Positions 42,399 through 54,590 of a DNA stretch of 64,000 nt are shown here, one piece after another. A model generated the notes under the pieces. It made no database searches and was not told where the DNA came from. It worked only from the letters and a program-made list of their open reading frames with translations. Origin of the DNA: Tetramitus jugosus. Lineage: Eukaryota; Protista; Heterolobosea. The stretch spans positions 1-64,000 of the forward strand of contig OW569388.1 in the NCBI GenBank assembly GCA_937625935.1. The letters are read 5' to 3'. Every line of letters begins with the position of its first letter. Position 1 is the first letter of the stretch. Made by a program: the position numbers and the translations under genes.

Positions 42399-45300
42399 AT
42401 GGCAACTCAACCTCACTCACCCGAGTTCTTTGCCTTGATAAAGAGCATTGGAGAGACCAAATCCAAACAGGAAGAAGACAAAATTATCCTGAGAGAGATT
42501 GGTGCTCTGAAAGCGCACTTGAACAACCCTAAAATCACTCTCAAAGCAATGAAGGAATTCATTGTACGATTATTGTACTGTGAAATGTTGGGTCATGATG
42601 CCTCATTTGGCTACGTTTCTGCCATTAAGCTCACAAGCTCAAAAATTTTGCTTGAGAAACGTGTTGGTTACTTGGCAGTGAGTCTCTGTATCCCAAAGGA
42701 TCATGAATTGCAGTTGCTCATTATTTCCAACTTGCAAAAGGACCTTCAATCAACCAATTATTTGGAAATGAGTTGTGCGTTGAGTGCAGCGACAAAGTTG
42801 ATTAGTGAAGAGACGATTCCTGCGTTGATTACACCTGTTTTGCGCCTAAAGAACAACACCAAGTATGTACCCATTCCATACATTTCTTTTCTGAGAGAGA
42901 GAAACATATTTTTTGGCTTTTTGTTTATTGATTGATTATTCACACTTTTTGTGTGTTGAAAATGAATCTATAGTCCCCATGTCAGGAAAAAGGTGATTGT
43001 GCTGTTGCACACTTTCCACATGACATCGAACGGAAGTGTTCCTGATGTCTTGGAACACGCAAAGAGTGCATTGTGTGATAGTGATCCAAGTGTCATGGCT
43101 GCGTCATTGCCCCTGTTTTATGATTTGGCTCAAGAAGAAGAATTCTTGCCACAATTGAAGCAATTGGTACCTAGTTTTGTCGCCATTTTGAAGCAAGTGA
43201 AAGACCACAGATTGCCAAAGGACTTTGATTATCACAGATTGCCTGCTCCCTGGGTCCAAATCAAAATTCTAAAGATTCTAGCACTGATTTGCAAGGATGA
43301 TAGAAGTGCAAGTGAAACAGCTTATGACACACTGAGAGAAGTCATGACAAGAGCTGATATTGGTATTAATATGGGTCATGCGATTGTGTACGAATGTGTC
43401 ACTACCATCACATCAATTTATCCAAATAACATGCTGTTGGAGAATGCTGCAACTGCCATTTCAAGATTTATTACCAATTCCAATCATAATCTAAAGTATT
43501 TGGGTATTAGAGCACTGACTGAGATTGTAAAGATCAATCCAAGGTATGCTGAACAGCATCACATGATGGTGATTGATTGCTTGGAGGATCCTGATGAAAC
43601 ATTGAAGAGAAGAGTATGTGTTTTCTTTGCTTTTTGTGCTATTTGTTATATGAAATGATTATTGATGGTTGTTGACACCATTTATCATTACAATAGACTC
43701 TTAGCTTATTGTACACTATGACAAATGCTTCCAATGCAACGACCATTGTCAAAAAACTGCTCGAGTTTGCCAAGAAATCCTTTGATAAGCACATTAGACA
43801 GGAGTTGGTTCAAAATATTACAAACTTGGCAGAGAAATTTACTCCCAACATCTTCTGGTATATCGACACCATGAATACTTTGTTTGAAATTGGTTCAGAA
43901 TATGTGCCACAGAGCGCCATTCAAAATATGATGACCGTGATTTCTTTGGGCGTTGGAGATGATGATGACAAGGATGATGAGATGAGAAGATATTGCGTTG
44001 ACACATTTTATGATATTTTGGCTACAAAGAATGTTGTTCACGATCTCCATTTGCAAGTCATTTCATGGGTGTTGGGCGAATATGGATACATGAGCGAACA
44101 ATACTCTCAGAGTCACATTTTGGAATTGCTGTGCCAGGTGGCCGATAGACAACTCGAAGCAGAAGAAACGAGAAGTTGGATCGTTTCTGCACTGATGAAG
44201 TTGGTTGCACAAACTGGTGGTATTATTCCTCCATCAGTGGAAGCAGTTCTGCACAAGTTCAGAAACTCAAAGAATGTTGATCTACAACAACGTTGTTATG
44301 AATTCCTTGCACTTTGCAATACTTGCAGCGACTCTAACAGAGAGCAAGTTATGTCAACCGTACTACCAATTGATGGTAGCTGTGAAGAAATTGAAGTTGA
44401 TGATACTCTCTCCTTCTTGCAAGCTTTTGTGGATAAAGCTTTGCAATTAGGGGCATCCCCTTACTTGGAACATCATCAAAGAAGTGGCCTTGAAGAACAA
44501 GTGGAAAAGAAGAGAAGACAGTTGTTGGTTGAAGAGTATGCCAAACCTGTGAAACCAACCACGAATTTGCATCAATCATTTGTGCCAAAGCCTATTGAAG
44601 AAGAAGAGATGATGAGCTCAAAGTCTGGAAAACCACAGGAGCAAAGTTTTTATCCCTCTGCCATGCAAAGCACAGACAGTGGTTTGAACCCACACTTGTT
44701 GCAAGATAAAGCTCGCATCTGGGCTGATGATGACGAAGACGAGGAGGAACCAACTGAGCTGGCTCCTGTTACTCCAAGCTCCACGTATGATGAACCTGTT
44801 TCAAGAACACGATCTGACTCAAATCTATCAACTGGCTCCACTGGATACAATCCATATCCATTGTCCAAGCAAGACATGAAACAGAGCCCTCCTGAAACCG
44901 ACAAGAGACGTCAAAAGCTCAAGAAGGATCTATTCGGTAGTAGCCAGAGTTATACACCAAAATCAAAAGCCACAAAGCAACCACCAAGAAGAAGAAACTC
45001 CAGAGCTACTCAGCCACCATCCTCGAGCACATTGGATGAACCAAGCGAGCCTAAAGTTACTCAACAAGAAGAAGAACTTTTCAATTCTATGACCATTTCT
45101 GAGAAGCCAAGCAAGCCTGCAAAGCAAGCTCAAAAGGAGATGATTGATTTTGATGACTTCTTTTCTCCTGCGCCAGCTGCAGCTCAAAAACCAAAATCAA
45201 CAGGACAAAAGACTGTGAAGAAACAGCAACCTACTGTAGCCAATGTTGAAGATGACTTCTTTGATAGTTTAACTACTGCATCACCGGTATCTTCCTCCTC

Positions 45301-46159
45301 AAAGGATCCATTCGATCTAGATATTCAATCACCAATTGATGACATGATATTGACTCCACAGACAGGACCAATCACATCCTCCAGTGCATCAAAATCAACT
45401 GTCAGAAACAGTTACTTGATTTCCTCTCTGCAATCACAAGCCAAGCGTGCTGCTGACTCAGTTAGATTGGCAAAGGATGATCTCTTGGAGGTTACCTGCG
45501 ATAAATTCTGGCGTGAGGACTCTGTCGTTCTTGCACTTCAGTTCCGAACTGACAGAGGTTACACATTGACGAATCTCACCTGCCAGTTGCAAGCTCCTTC
45601 CAAGTATACCATGAGCTTTGAGTATGATACCACATTCAGCCCTCCAATCGTCAGAGGAAACAATGTCACATTTGCCAAAGTTGAACCTGGATCACCAGTG
45701 GCTCTCTTGGTTGTCTTGAGTCTTTCAGACTACATTGGATTTGGCACCTCCTTCATGGGAACAATCTCATACATTGACCAAAACAAGAAGTCCAACTACT
45801 TGAGTATTACTTCTTCCGTTGATCTGATTGATTTGATTCGTCCATTGAATCTAACAGTACCAGAGTTTGGACAACATTGGGTGTCCTATCCTCATGAGAA
45901 GAAGATTCAGATTAAGGCTCCTCAATACACTCCACAATCCTATGGAGAAAAGGTTGAGAGACACTTAAACTTGCAGATTGTTCAAATAATCAAGAGCGAA
46001 GCAGTCGGTTTAGCAAGAATCATCAGCCACGAGAATAACGTTCTTGTTTTGCTTCACGCTAAGGTTCAACAAGGTTCCGGCATCACATTGAGTGTCAAGA
46101 GCAAAGATAAGACATTGTGTGATCACGTTTGCAGAGTTGCCACCAAGATTTTGGGATAA
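42399..46159 (+). CDS. AP4E1: AP-4 complex subunit epsilon; introns 42863-42973 and 43614-43696
   Basis: 'LIKSIGETKSKQEEDKII', 'YCEMLGHDASFGY', 'FDYHRLPAPWVQIK', 'CLEDPDETLKRR|TLSLLY' and an ear domain. Confidence 0.93.
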
Positions 46160-46242
46160 TTTATATTGATTGTCTGTATTACAACGCTAGAAGCCGGCCG
46201 AATATAAAACCAAATTGGTTACAAATTGTATTCATTTACATT

Positions 46243-47187
46243 TTACTTTTTCTTGTTTGCAACCCACTGTGCTAGAATATCTTTCTCTGTCATGCCACTC
46301 TCCTGAGCATGCTGTGCAAAATTCTTTTCTAGAATGCTCTTGGATATCAAATCAGCTCCACCACCCAGATTCTCTGTTCGAACTTGTTGGAATCCATCTT
46401 CCTGCAGTCCCCTCATTGCCTGCGTCGAATAGTTGACTGATGCGAATGGTGCAGTCTTGGGATCTACCGCCATACCTCTAAATCGGTTCAAATCGTCGTG
46501 TATTCCCACTTGGCTATTCACACCCATGCTTGAAGTTGGAACCGAGGGAGTGTTACTACTCATTGTAGCTGATGGTGACGATACAGGAGAACTGGCAACA
46601 GTTCCAGTGGATGATTTTTCAGCCTGGTAGGAAGCAAATGCCATTGAAAAGTTATTGGCTCCACTCTTGACAGACGACGATGAAGATGACAAAGATGACA
46701 CATGAGACGATGGTGCTTGTGCAGGTGCAACACTGGCAAATGAAGATGAAGCCGACATTTCTGACACATGACTCCACTGTTGATCACCCACTGCCTCTCT
46801 TGCTTCTTGATGCTCTTGTACTAGTACTTGTTCAAAAGCTACGTGACCGTGACTACTTTGTTCATCTCCTAGCTTTTGTGTTTGCTGCTGTTGCTGCAGC
46901 TGTTGTAATTGTTGCTGCTGCTCCAATCCAATTTTCCGAATATTGAACCCTTGTCGGATATCGCTGCGCACAGAGTAAAATTCACCCATGAGCGAATCGA
47001 GATCTCTCTTCATTTTGAGCACTTCGGAATCGCCCTTTGCAGTGGCTTCACCAATGGATTCCTTGGTTTGGAACAGAAAACGAACAGAACGACCAGTGAA
47101 CCGACCTAGGATACGTGCAGCTTTGGGGAGCTGAGTGGGAGCCATGACGGCAATACCTGTCACAATCAGAAGACTTGTCAGGAGCAT
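46243..47187 (-). CDS. TatB-like protein (mitochondrial TatB type)
   Basis: N-terminal TM helix, hinge and amphipathic helix 'APTQLPKAARILGRFTGRSV'. The C-terminal 'GGADLISKSILE' resembles the plant mtTatB C-terminal motif. Confidence 0.65.
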   Translation of the reverse strand: MLLTSLLIVTGIAVMAPTQLPKAARILGRFTGRSVRFLFQTKESIGEATAKGDSEVLKMKRDLDSLMGEFYSVRSDIRQGFNIRKIGLEQQQQLQQLQQQQQTQKLGDEQSSHGHVAFEQVLVQEHQEAREAVGDQQWSHVSEMSASSSFASVAPAQAPSSHVSSLSSSSSSVKSGANNFSMAFASYQAEKSSTGTVASSPVSSPSATMSSNTPSVPTSSMGVNSQVGIHDDLNRFRGMAVDPKTAPFASVNYSTQAMRGLQEDGFQQVRTENLGGGADLISKSILEKNFAQHAQESGMTEKDILAQWVANKKK

Positions 47188-47554
47188 GATCAGACAACGT
47201 TGGTATTTTTTTGTTCAAATATTGTTTTCTTGGTTGAACTTTTGCGGAGTCGGAGTTTTTTTAAGTTTAATATGGGACCCAGAAGAAATGTCAAGATTCT
47301 AACGAAGAGTTTGTTGGTGCCATGGGTGGAAGACTCAGGGTAACTCCAGGGGTATTACCACCATTCTTCCATTGTCTCTCTCAGTTTTTGTGGATATCAA
47401 TTATTGCTCCAACGTTCTGATCAATTGTCCGAGTATTCGCCGACGGTGGAATGATCTGTCATAAAAGCTGTTTCACACCAACAATTGGCACACAGAAACA
47501 CAACAAACAAACAACTAAGAGACTCGCATAGGGACAATAACAAATTAATCAAGA

Positions 47555-48421
47555 ATGTCAAATAACTCGAATCTAGTCAAAATCTGCAAGATCGAAATTG
47601 GTCGTGAACAAAGTGAAGGAGTGGGTGCCAGAGTCATCCGAACTGTGGGATCCTCGGTTGACTACTGGGATCCGTTCCTCTTGTTCGATGAAGCGAAAAT
47701 TTCACTCGACGCGGGATTCCCACAACATCCACATCGAGGCTTCCAGACAGTCTCATACATGATTGAAGGTGCGATGAAGCACAAGGACAGTAAGGGCAAC
47801 AGTGGTGTCATCAAAGCTGGAGAAGTTCAGTGGATGACAGCGGGCAGAGGCATCGTTCATAGTGAAATGCCAGTGAAGAACAATACTCATGGAATACAAC
47901 TGTGGGTCAATTTACCAAAAGCATCCAAGATGATTGAACCAAGTTACCAGGACCTAACAAAGAAGAATATGGTGAAGAAGCAAGTGACAGAGAATTGCAA
48001 AGTGACTGTCATTGCTGGAAAGTCTACAACAACGGGATTGGAGTCCATTTTGAAGCTTCAACAAGACTTGTTGTATTTGGATGTTGTTTTGACGAAACCT
48101 GGAGAGAGGTACTCTGATATGATACCTGCGACACATCAAGGATTCATGTACGTTCTGAGTGGTACAGGAAAGCTCGCTGGTACTAAGAGTGGACAGCTTT
48201 TCAAACACAAGCACTGCTTGTTCTTCAAAGCATCGACCAACGGAAGAGATCAAGAGTTCATATGGGAAGCAGAGGGAGCCTCTCCCGAGAATCCTTTTAG
48301 AGTTCTCATCATTAGCGGAGAACCACTCAATGAACCTATGGCCAGACAGGGACCATTTGTCATGAACACTGACGCAGAGATCAAACAAGCATACATGGAC
48401 TACTATGCCGGCAAGTTGTAA
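47555..48421 (+). CDS. Pirin
   Basis: 'DPFLLFDE', 'GFPQHPHRGFQTVSY', 'QWMTAGRGIVHSE', 'QLWVNLP' and 'GPFVMNT'. Confidence 0.96.
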   Translation: MSNNSNLVKICKIEIGREQSEGVGARVIRTVGSSVDYWDPFLLFDEAKISLDAGFPQHPHRGFQTVSYMIEGAMKHKDSKGNSGVIKAGEVQWMTAGRGIVHSEMPVKNNTHGIQLWVNLPKASKMIEPSYQDLTKKNMVKKQVTENCKVTVIAGKSTTTGLESILKLQQDLLYLDVVLTKPGERYSDMIPATHQGFMYVLSGTGKLAGTKSGQLFKHKHCLFFKASTNGRDQEFIWEAEGASPENPFRVLIISGEPLNEPMARQGPFVMNTDAEIKQAYMDYYAGKL

Positions 48422-48814
48422 AGTTCCTGCGTAATAAATCGCGAAATGTAAATAGTACAATTCTTATCCTGGAATTGCAAAAGGTCGGGCCAACTTCTGT
48501 CCGCAAGGAGACATCACAGGAAACAGTCGACAGACAAAGTTGGCCAGACCCCGATAATGATGAGTAATCGCAGTGTGATTCCTTGTGATGATACCTCCAA
48601 CCTTTGAAGTTGCGTCTCCCTGCTAACTGCAAGGCATTCTGATTGGTTCACAAACAATGTGGGTACGAGGAACTTTAACCAAGAACTTCAGAGGGAAAAA
48701 CGAGCTTGCCTTAACCGAGGTGATTTGCGAGGAGATGAAAGAATAGCAAATTGGAATAAAATTGAATGCTCATAGCTTTTATATTTTAGTTTTGTTGATT
48801 CAAAAAAGTATCAT

Positions 48815-51373
48815 TTAGTGTCCAAAGGTTTCGTTCAAGTATGCCTTGTAGTCGTAACCGTTCTCAGTTTGAGGCATTCTGGACAAGAGGAAGTCAGCTT
48901 CTTGCTTATCCATCACACTTCTCAATTGTTGTTCAGTGATGAAGTCAGCACCACCAGTCAATTGACTGAAGGCATCAATGACATCTTCATAAGAACCACC
49001 GACTCTCAAGTTCTTGCTCATGTAGTCAACGAACTCGTCGAAGCTGATCAAACCGTCCTTGTTACCATCATATTCAGCAAAGGTCTTGTCCAAAATGTTG
49101 TCTGGAATATCTTCACCCAATGATTGGCAGCAAGCCTTGAAGTCCTTCTTGTCAATGTTACCATCTCTGTCCTTGTCAAAATGACGGAAAGCTTCTTGGA
49201 ATTCCTTCAATTGTTCTTCAGTGATGTTACCAGACTTGTTGACCAAGATTTGGTTCTCCATGGCAGAAGTCAACTTGTCAACAACAGTCTTCAAGCTCTC
49301 GTACATGGTGGTGATTTCACTGAGAGTGATGGTGGTTTGTTCAACAACATCAGCAGCTTCCAATTGATCGATCAAGTCCGTCAATTCAGCATAAGATGTC
49401 TCGTTTTGTTGCAAAGCTTCAGTACCCTTTTGCTTCAACTCTTGCAATTGCTCTTCGAGAGTACCTTGCAATTCAGCATTCAAGTTAGTGTTTTGACTTT
49501 CAATGAATTGCTTGTAGTTGTTTGCAGCAGTAGTGAACTCTTGCAACAACTTGGACAGTTGACGTTGCTTGACAGCTTCCTCGTCCAATTCGACCTTGCG
49601 GGAATCGATTTGGTTTCTGGCTTCATTGTAACGCTCTTCAATTTCGGAGATGAGGTACTTGGAATACTTCTTTGGGTCAGCGTTTTGCTCTCTCAACCAT
49701 CCGTCAATTTCCTTGCTTCTCTCGACGATTGGTCCCTTGGACTTGTGCTCTTCATCAATTCTGTTCAAGTTGGCAACATATTGGTCAACGTCTTCAACAG
49801 AGGAAGCAGAGACTGGTTCAATGAGAGCCATGGCAGAATCTTCCAAGAACATGTTCAAAGCTTCATTGTTCTTGGCCAATTCCAAACTGTTGGCAATAAT
49901 TTCTTCCAATCTTCTCAATTGTTCACTCATTTGCTCATTGAAGTCCTCACCAGCTTGCTTGACAGCAGATTGTTGCTCAGTCAACTCGGCAGAGGTGTTG
50001 GCAACTTCTTCAGACTTTTCGTGCTTTCCGTCAATGATTTGTTGACCAATGTTCTTGGTTTCATTCAATGACTTCTCAACAGAAGCAATCTCTTCGAAGA
50101 AAGTCTCATGGACCTTGAGTCTACCTTGCAAAGCAGAAACAGTGTCGTATTGAGTAACGTCTTCACCTTGCAAAGACTCAGTCTTGCTTGATTGCCATCC
50201 GTTAATCTTGTTGGCTCTGGAGACGAATCTTGCGTACAGGATTTCGAGTCTCTTCATCAAGGACAAGTGACTTCTGAGTGCGACATCATACTTTTCTTGC
50301 ATCAAGCCCAACTTGTTCCACTTGTTGCTCAATTGAGGAGTGTCAAGAGGCTCTGGTGGACGATAGATTGGCAAACCTTCAGTCTTTTGTCTCGTTCTGA
50401 TCGTGTTCAACAACAATTCCAATTCGACACGCTCCTTGGATTGTTCTGGCTTGTCAGAGTCCTTGAACTTTTTGAATTCTTCAGCTCTTGGCAAAGTCTT
50501 GGCCAAACTGTTACCAAAGTGATCAAAAGATGGATCTTCGAGCTTTCCGGATGACTCATCCATCCATTGGTCCAAAGCAGTGGCTCTAGTCTCATAATCG
50601 TGTTGCATCTGTTCCAATTCTCTCTTGGTTTGAGCAATCTTGGCAATCTTCTTACCAGCGAGTTCAGCCTTGTTACCAGCAGCAAATCTCTTCCAGTAGT
50701 AGGCAACGTAGGTCATGACAGATTTGTCTTCTGGTCTAAAGTTAACCATGTCATCAGCGTCCAACAATTGAGGAATGTCCAAATCTCTCTCGGCAATGTC
50801 GAATGCCAATTGCAAATTCTCCTTTTGGTTGGCCTTGTCCAATGAATCAAAATCGATCAAGTCTGGTCTGTGCTTGTGAATCAATGCACAGAATGCCAGA
50901 CCATCTTGCCACGATGTGTTAAAGTTGTCAACCTTGACGTTTCTATAGTCCTTGGTCTTTTTCTTACACCAGAGCAAGAGACCTTCACGAGCAGACAACT
51001 CCTCCTCTGAAATGTCTTGAATTTCAAACTTGTGGATCAAACACCAGATCATACCCAAGATTTGTCTCTTGTCTTGTTCCATGATTTGTTCAGCAGAGAA
51101 TTGAACCTTGATACCAACACTTTCGACAAAGCTGTTGACCTTGGAGAGCACTGTACCGAGATTGGCAATCTTGTGGAATTTGGATTTTGGATCAGAGTAG
51201 AACTTGCCCAACTTTTCATCAGAAATAATCTCATAGAGATTGATGAGTGGCACACCAGACTCCAAATCAGACACGAGGTCCTCCACTTGCAATCCTCTCT
51301 TTCTCAAGTGAGCATTGACCCATTTGGTGAAGGTTCTTTGTTGGATTCTCTCCCATTCCTTGCTTTCGGACAT
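48815..51373 (-). CDS. Alpha-actinin
   Basis: Tandem CH domains ('IQQRTFTKWVN', 'WQDGLAFCALIHKHRPDL'), spectrin repeats and two C-terminal EF hands. Confidence 0.96.
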   Translation of the reverse strand: MSESKEWERIQQRTFTKWVNAHLRKRGLQVEDLVSDLESGVPLINLYEIISDEKLGKFYSDPKSKFHKIANLGTVLSKVNSFVESVGIKVQFSAEQIMEQDKRQILGMIWCLIHKFEIQDISEEELSAREGLLLWCKKKTKDYRNVKVDNFNTSWQDGLAFCALIHKHRPDLIDFDSLDKANQKENLQLAFDIAERDLDIPQLLDADDMVNFRPEDKSVMTYVAYYWKRFAAGNKAELAGKKIAKIAQTKRELEQMQHDYETRATALDQWMDESSGKLEDPSFDHFGNSLAKTLPRAEEFKKFKDSDKPEQSKERVELELLLNTIRTRQKTEGLPIYRPPEPLDTPQLSNKWNKLGLMQEKYDVALRSHLSLMKRLEILYARFVSRANKINGWQSSKTESLQGEDVTQYDTVSALQGRLKVHETFFEEIASVEKSLNETKNIGQQIIDGKHEKSEEVANTSAELTEQQSAVKQAGEDFNEQMSEQLRRLEEIIANSLELAKNNEALNMFLEDSAMALIEPVSASSVEDVDQYVANLNRIDEEHKSKGPIVERSKEIDGWLREQNADPKKYSKYLISEIEERYNEARNQIDSRKVELDEEAVKQRQLSKLLQEFTTAANNYKQFIESQNTNLNAELQGTLEEQLQELKQKGTEALQQNETSYAELTDLIDQLEAADVVEQTTITLSEITTMYESLKTVVDKLTSAMENQILVNKSGNITEEQLKEFQEAFRHFDKDRDGNIDKKDFKACCQSLGEDIPDNILDKTFAEYDGNKDGLISFDEFVDYMSKNLRVGGSYEDVIDAFSQLTGGADFITEQQLRSVMDKQEADFLLSRMPQTENGYDYKAYLNETFGH

Positions 51374-51678
51374 GTTTGATATTTATAATAATTTACAGAG
51401 ATGTTGGTTTGTTTGGTTGGTTTGTTTTTGGTGGTTGGTGTTGTTGTTGTTGTGCTTGTGTTTTTTGTGGTTGTGGGTGTGAGCACGGAGAGTGTCGCAG
51501 TGGTTGGGCGTCGGGCATGCAACGTGTGAATCCCATCTCAATTCACAGTGAGAGTGATGAGGATCAATAACACATTTTGACATCAATTGTGATTAGTACA
51601 GACGTATGACGAGTGACATGTGACCTTTTTTTTGTAAATTGTATGTTTTTTATAGTTTTTTTGTAAGGGCGAGGAGTA

Positions 51679-53142
51679 ATGGAGGGTGACGTGGGACATG
51701 AGCAGACGCCATCATTCGTGTCGGCTAAAGCATGTACGATTTTTGCAAGAGCTAACAACAAGATGAACGCGTTGAAATTGGAGTGTATCATTCTCAAATT
51801 CATTCAACAAATAACAAGCAAACAAGAGAACTTACAGATTCAATTTCCCAATCGTCATGTGAGCTACGGTACGTTCAAAGAGGAGTTAGAAGAAGATGAC
51901 GAAGAGCTAAAACAAGAAATTGAAAATGGATACAAAAATTTGTTGTTAGACCAATTTCACCCACAAGAACCAAGCCATTCTCCAACCAAAGAATCCATGA
52001 AGAAGGGAACGAGGTCAACTGTGTCAAAGGAGACCATGTCTCACCCACAGTTAGAGAACAACGAACCACAATACTCTGAAGAGACAAAAGAGCTACCTAA
52101 AGACTCCTCTTCAACCGTTCCACCAGTGAAAACTGTTTCCTTCCATCGTGCGAACCAATCGCAGCGATTTGCAGCCACGGTACGAATCATTCGCATTTCC
52201 TATGAATTGCAAAAGCTCAACAAGTACGCGACGAAACGGGACGTCTATTATACCAATACGAATCTCTTCTCCAATAGACAACAGGTAGTAAATGAGGTAA
52301 TTGATGATTTGTCCGCGTTGTTACAGACAAGCCGTCACAAATTACATATTGTGGCATCTGCAAGAGGACTCGTGTACGGACAATTGACCTTCCAAGAGTT
52401 TAATGGATCCGTATGGAACCATGTGGATTGCTCTCAATTCAGATCCATTGGAGGATTAACCATTAATCCAATTGAAGAGAGGGTAAATGATTTCAAACTC
52501 CTGAAGGCAACCAGTAATCTGTACAACAAGATGCCTCCCTTCTTGCTCATTGTTGAGAAGGACGCAGTGTTTGAGAGATTGATTCAGGATAACTTTTGTG
52601 AGACTCTTCCTTGTGTTATGCTCACAAGCAAGGGCTATCCTGATGTTGCTACGCGCATGTTTTGGGTCAAATTGATGAGATCAATACCTGATTTGTATTG
52701 CTTTATCCTTACGGATGCAGATCCACATGGAGTTGATATAGCACGAGTGTACAAGTATGGTAGTCAATCCATGCAATTCATGAGCCGGGAATTGTGTTTG
52801 CAAGAGGAAACAGAGCTCCACTTGTTGGAAAGAGTGCACTGGATTGGCCTTGATATCGTAGATGACTTCAACAGTTTTTCCATGTCTGTCAAATGCCAAA
52901 TTCCAATGTCAGATCATGACAACAAGAAAGCAGACACCCTGCTGCAAGAGTTCGCCATGAACGGAAATTCTCGACCCAACAAGAATGCAGTGAAACAGAG
53001 AGATTATGACCATTGGGCGAAACAGTTGAAGTACATGAAAGAACGTGGCCGAAAAGCAGAGATACAATCATTGAGCTCCAAAGGATTATCTTTTCTCGCC
53101 AATGAGTATCTACCGAAGAAGATGATCCAATTGTTGATCTGA
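51679..53142 (+). CDS. SPO11: Meiotic recombination protein Spo11 / topoisomerase VI subunit A
   Basis: Catalytic 'TKRDVYY', TOPRIM 'IVEKDAVF', 'KGYPD', 'TDADPHG' and 'KAEIQSL'. Confidence 0.93.
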   Translation: MEGDVGHEQTPSFVSAKACTIFARANNKMNALKLECIILKFIQQITSKQENLQIQFPNRHVSYGTFKEELEEDDEELKQEIENGYKNLLLDQFHPQEPSHSPTKESMKKGTRSTVSKETMSHPQLENNEPQYSEETKELPKDSSSTVPPVKTVSFHRANQSQRFAATVRIIRISYELQKLNKYATKRDVYYTNTNLFSNRQQVVNEVIDDLSALLQTSRHKLHIVASARGLVYGQLTFQEFNGSVWNHVDCSQFRSIGGLTINPIEERVNDFKLLKATSNLYNKMPPFLLIVEKDAVFERLIQDNFCETLPCVMLTSKGYPDVATRMFWVKLMRSIPDLYCFILTDADPHGVDIARVYKYGSQSMQFMSRELCLQEETELHLLERVHWIGLDIVDDFNSFSMSVKCQIPMSDHDNKKADTLLQEFAMNGNSRPNKNAVKQRDYDHWAKQLKYMKERGRKAEIQSLSSKGLSFLANEYLPKKMIQLLI

Positions 53143-53384
53143 CAAAGCAGATCACAGTCATTTTCAATCATATATTTTCACTTGTCATTTACTATTTAGC
53201 ATTTTCAATTTACAATTTGCAAAAGTGTTGCAAAAGTTTGTCTCTCATCGATTGTACATCTCGAATTCGAATATCAATCATCATTTGGACCACGAGTCCT
53301 CCATGTGTTCGCGTTCAAATTTCCTCTTTCACTCCTCTTCGTCGTCATCACCAGCGCTATCAATTTTTTAGTTACCATCTATCT

Positions 53385-54339
53385 CTATTGCTTCATAATG
53401 AATGGAAAGTTATTCACTCCGAGAACAGTGTATTTGATCGCCTTGTGATACTGAGCGGGAACATAATAGAACCATAATTTAGAGTTTGGTGTTGATCCTA
53501 TCTGAAATCCCATGATATGATAATCTTCATTGCTGTGAATCGCTTCGCTCTCAATGTCTCGTATCTGTGCAAACGGAATTTTTTCAGTTCGATCCTTTGT
53601 CGCAATCCACAATTCTTGCTCATCAACCTTGAATGTCAATCGACATGCTTGACCACTCTTATCATACAAGTGTTGAATTGATTTTGGTAGAGGCATCTGG
53701 AACAACAAAAAAAACATCCATGTTAGCTTCGCAGTTTCGACGCTAATGTAACAAAAATGCTTCTCATTCACAAATCACAAACAAACACGAACAACATACA
53801 TCTCTATTCTTGTTACCGGGTTCTGCACCAGTTGGCACACCCTTCTCAATCGGTTTCGAATGTTCCTTGAGTTGACTCAATTTCATTGGAACAGGTGATG
53901 ATGGATCATGTGCCTTATTTGCAGCAGAAGCACTCGAAGAAGAAGAAAGTCCTAATCCTGGTGTAGTGACTGATATGACTTGATCAATCGTTGATCCAAT
54001 CAACATTGCTTTCGTTCCTGATTTCAATCCCAAGTTGACCATGGTTTCATCTTCCTTGGATCGCAACTTTGTAGCAGCGTCCTTGGGCACCTTTGTTCCC
54101 TTGAGAATATATTTTTGAAGTGAGGGAGGTACGTTGGTTTGCTTGTGAACTTGATCCTTGAATGTTTTGATGGTGGCGTCCAGTGGAACCACAATTTCAT
54201 GTTCCTTCTTGTTGTGCGAGACTAGAATTTTGATTGAGTTGCTTTCATCCATGGCAGTAGTAGCAGCAGTAGTTGTTGTGGATGATGTGGTTGCAGGTGT
54301 GGGTGTTGGTGTTGGTGTCTCTGCAGTTAGGGTTGACAT
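53385..54339 (-). CDS. UBFD1: Ubiquitin domain-containing protein UBFD1; intron 53697-53799
   Basis: Ubiquitin-like N-domain; C-domain 'RLTFKVDEQELWIATKDRTEKIP...WFYYVPAQY'. Confidence 0.85.
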
Positions 54340-54590
54340 GGTGTAACTGATGATGAAGCTTGCTTTGGTTGTGGGTTGTTGATGCTGTTGTTGTTGTTGT
54401 CAAGTCGAGTCTTGCTGTTGTTGCTTGGAACTGATTACAAAGGTCTTGCTAATGACAATTTTCTCTCGCCCAGCAAATTATTTTTGGAACATTTCCTATC
54501 ATCGGAGTTTCAGGCAATCGGAGTGATCTTTTCTGTAAAACTGCGCGGGAAGAAACACAACCCAATTTTAAAAAAACGAATAGAAACCAA

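Noticed and set aside
48818-51379. Several long plus-strand ORFs antisense to alpha-actinin (also those opposite Amt, nucleoredoxin and pirin)
   Set aside because: They are shadow ORFs caused by strong codon bias of the sense genes and contain no motifs.
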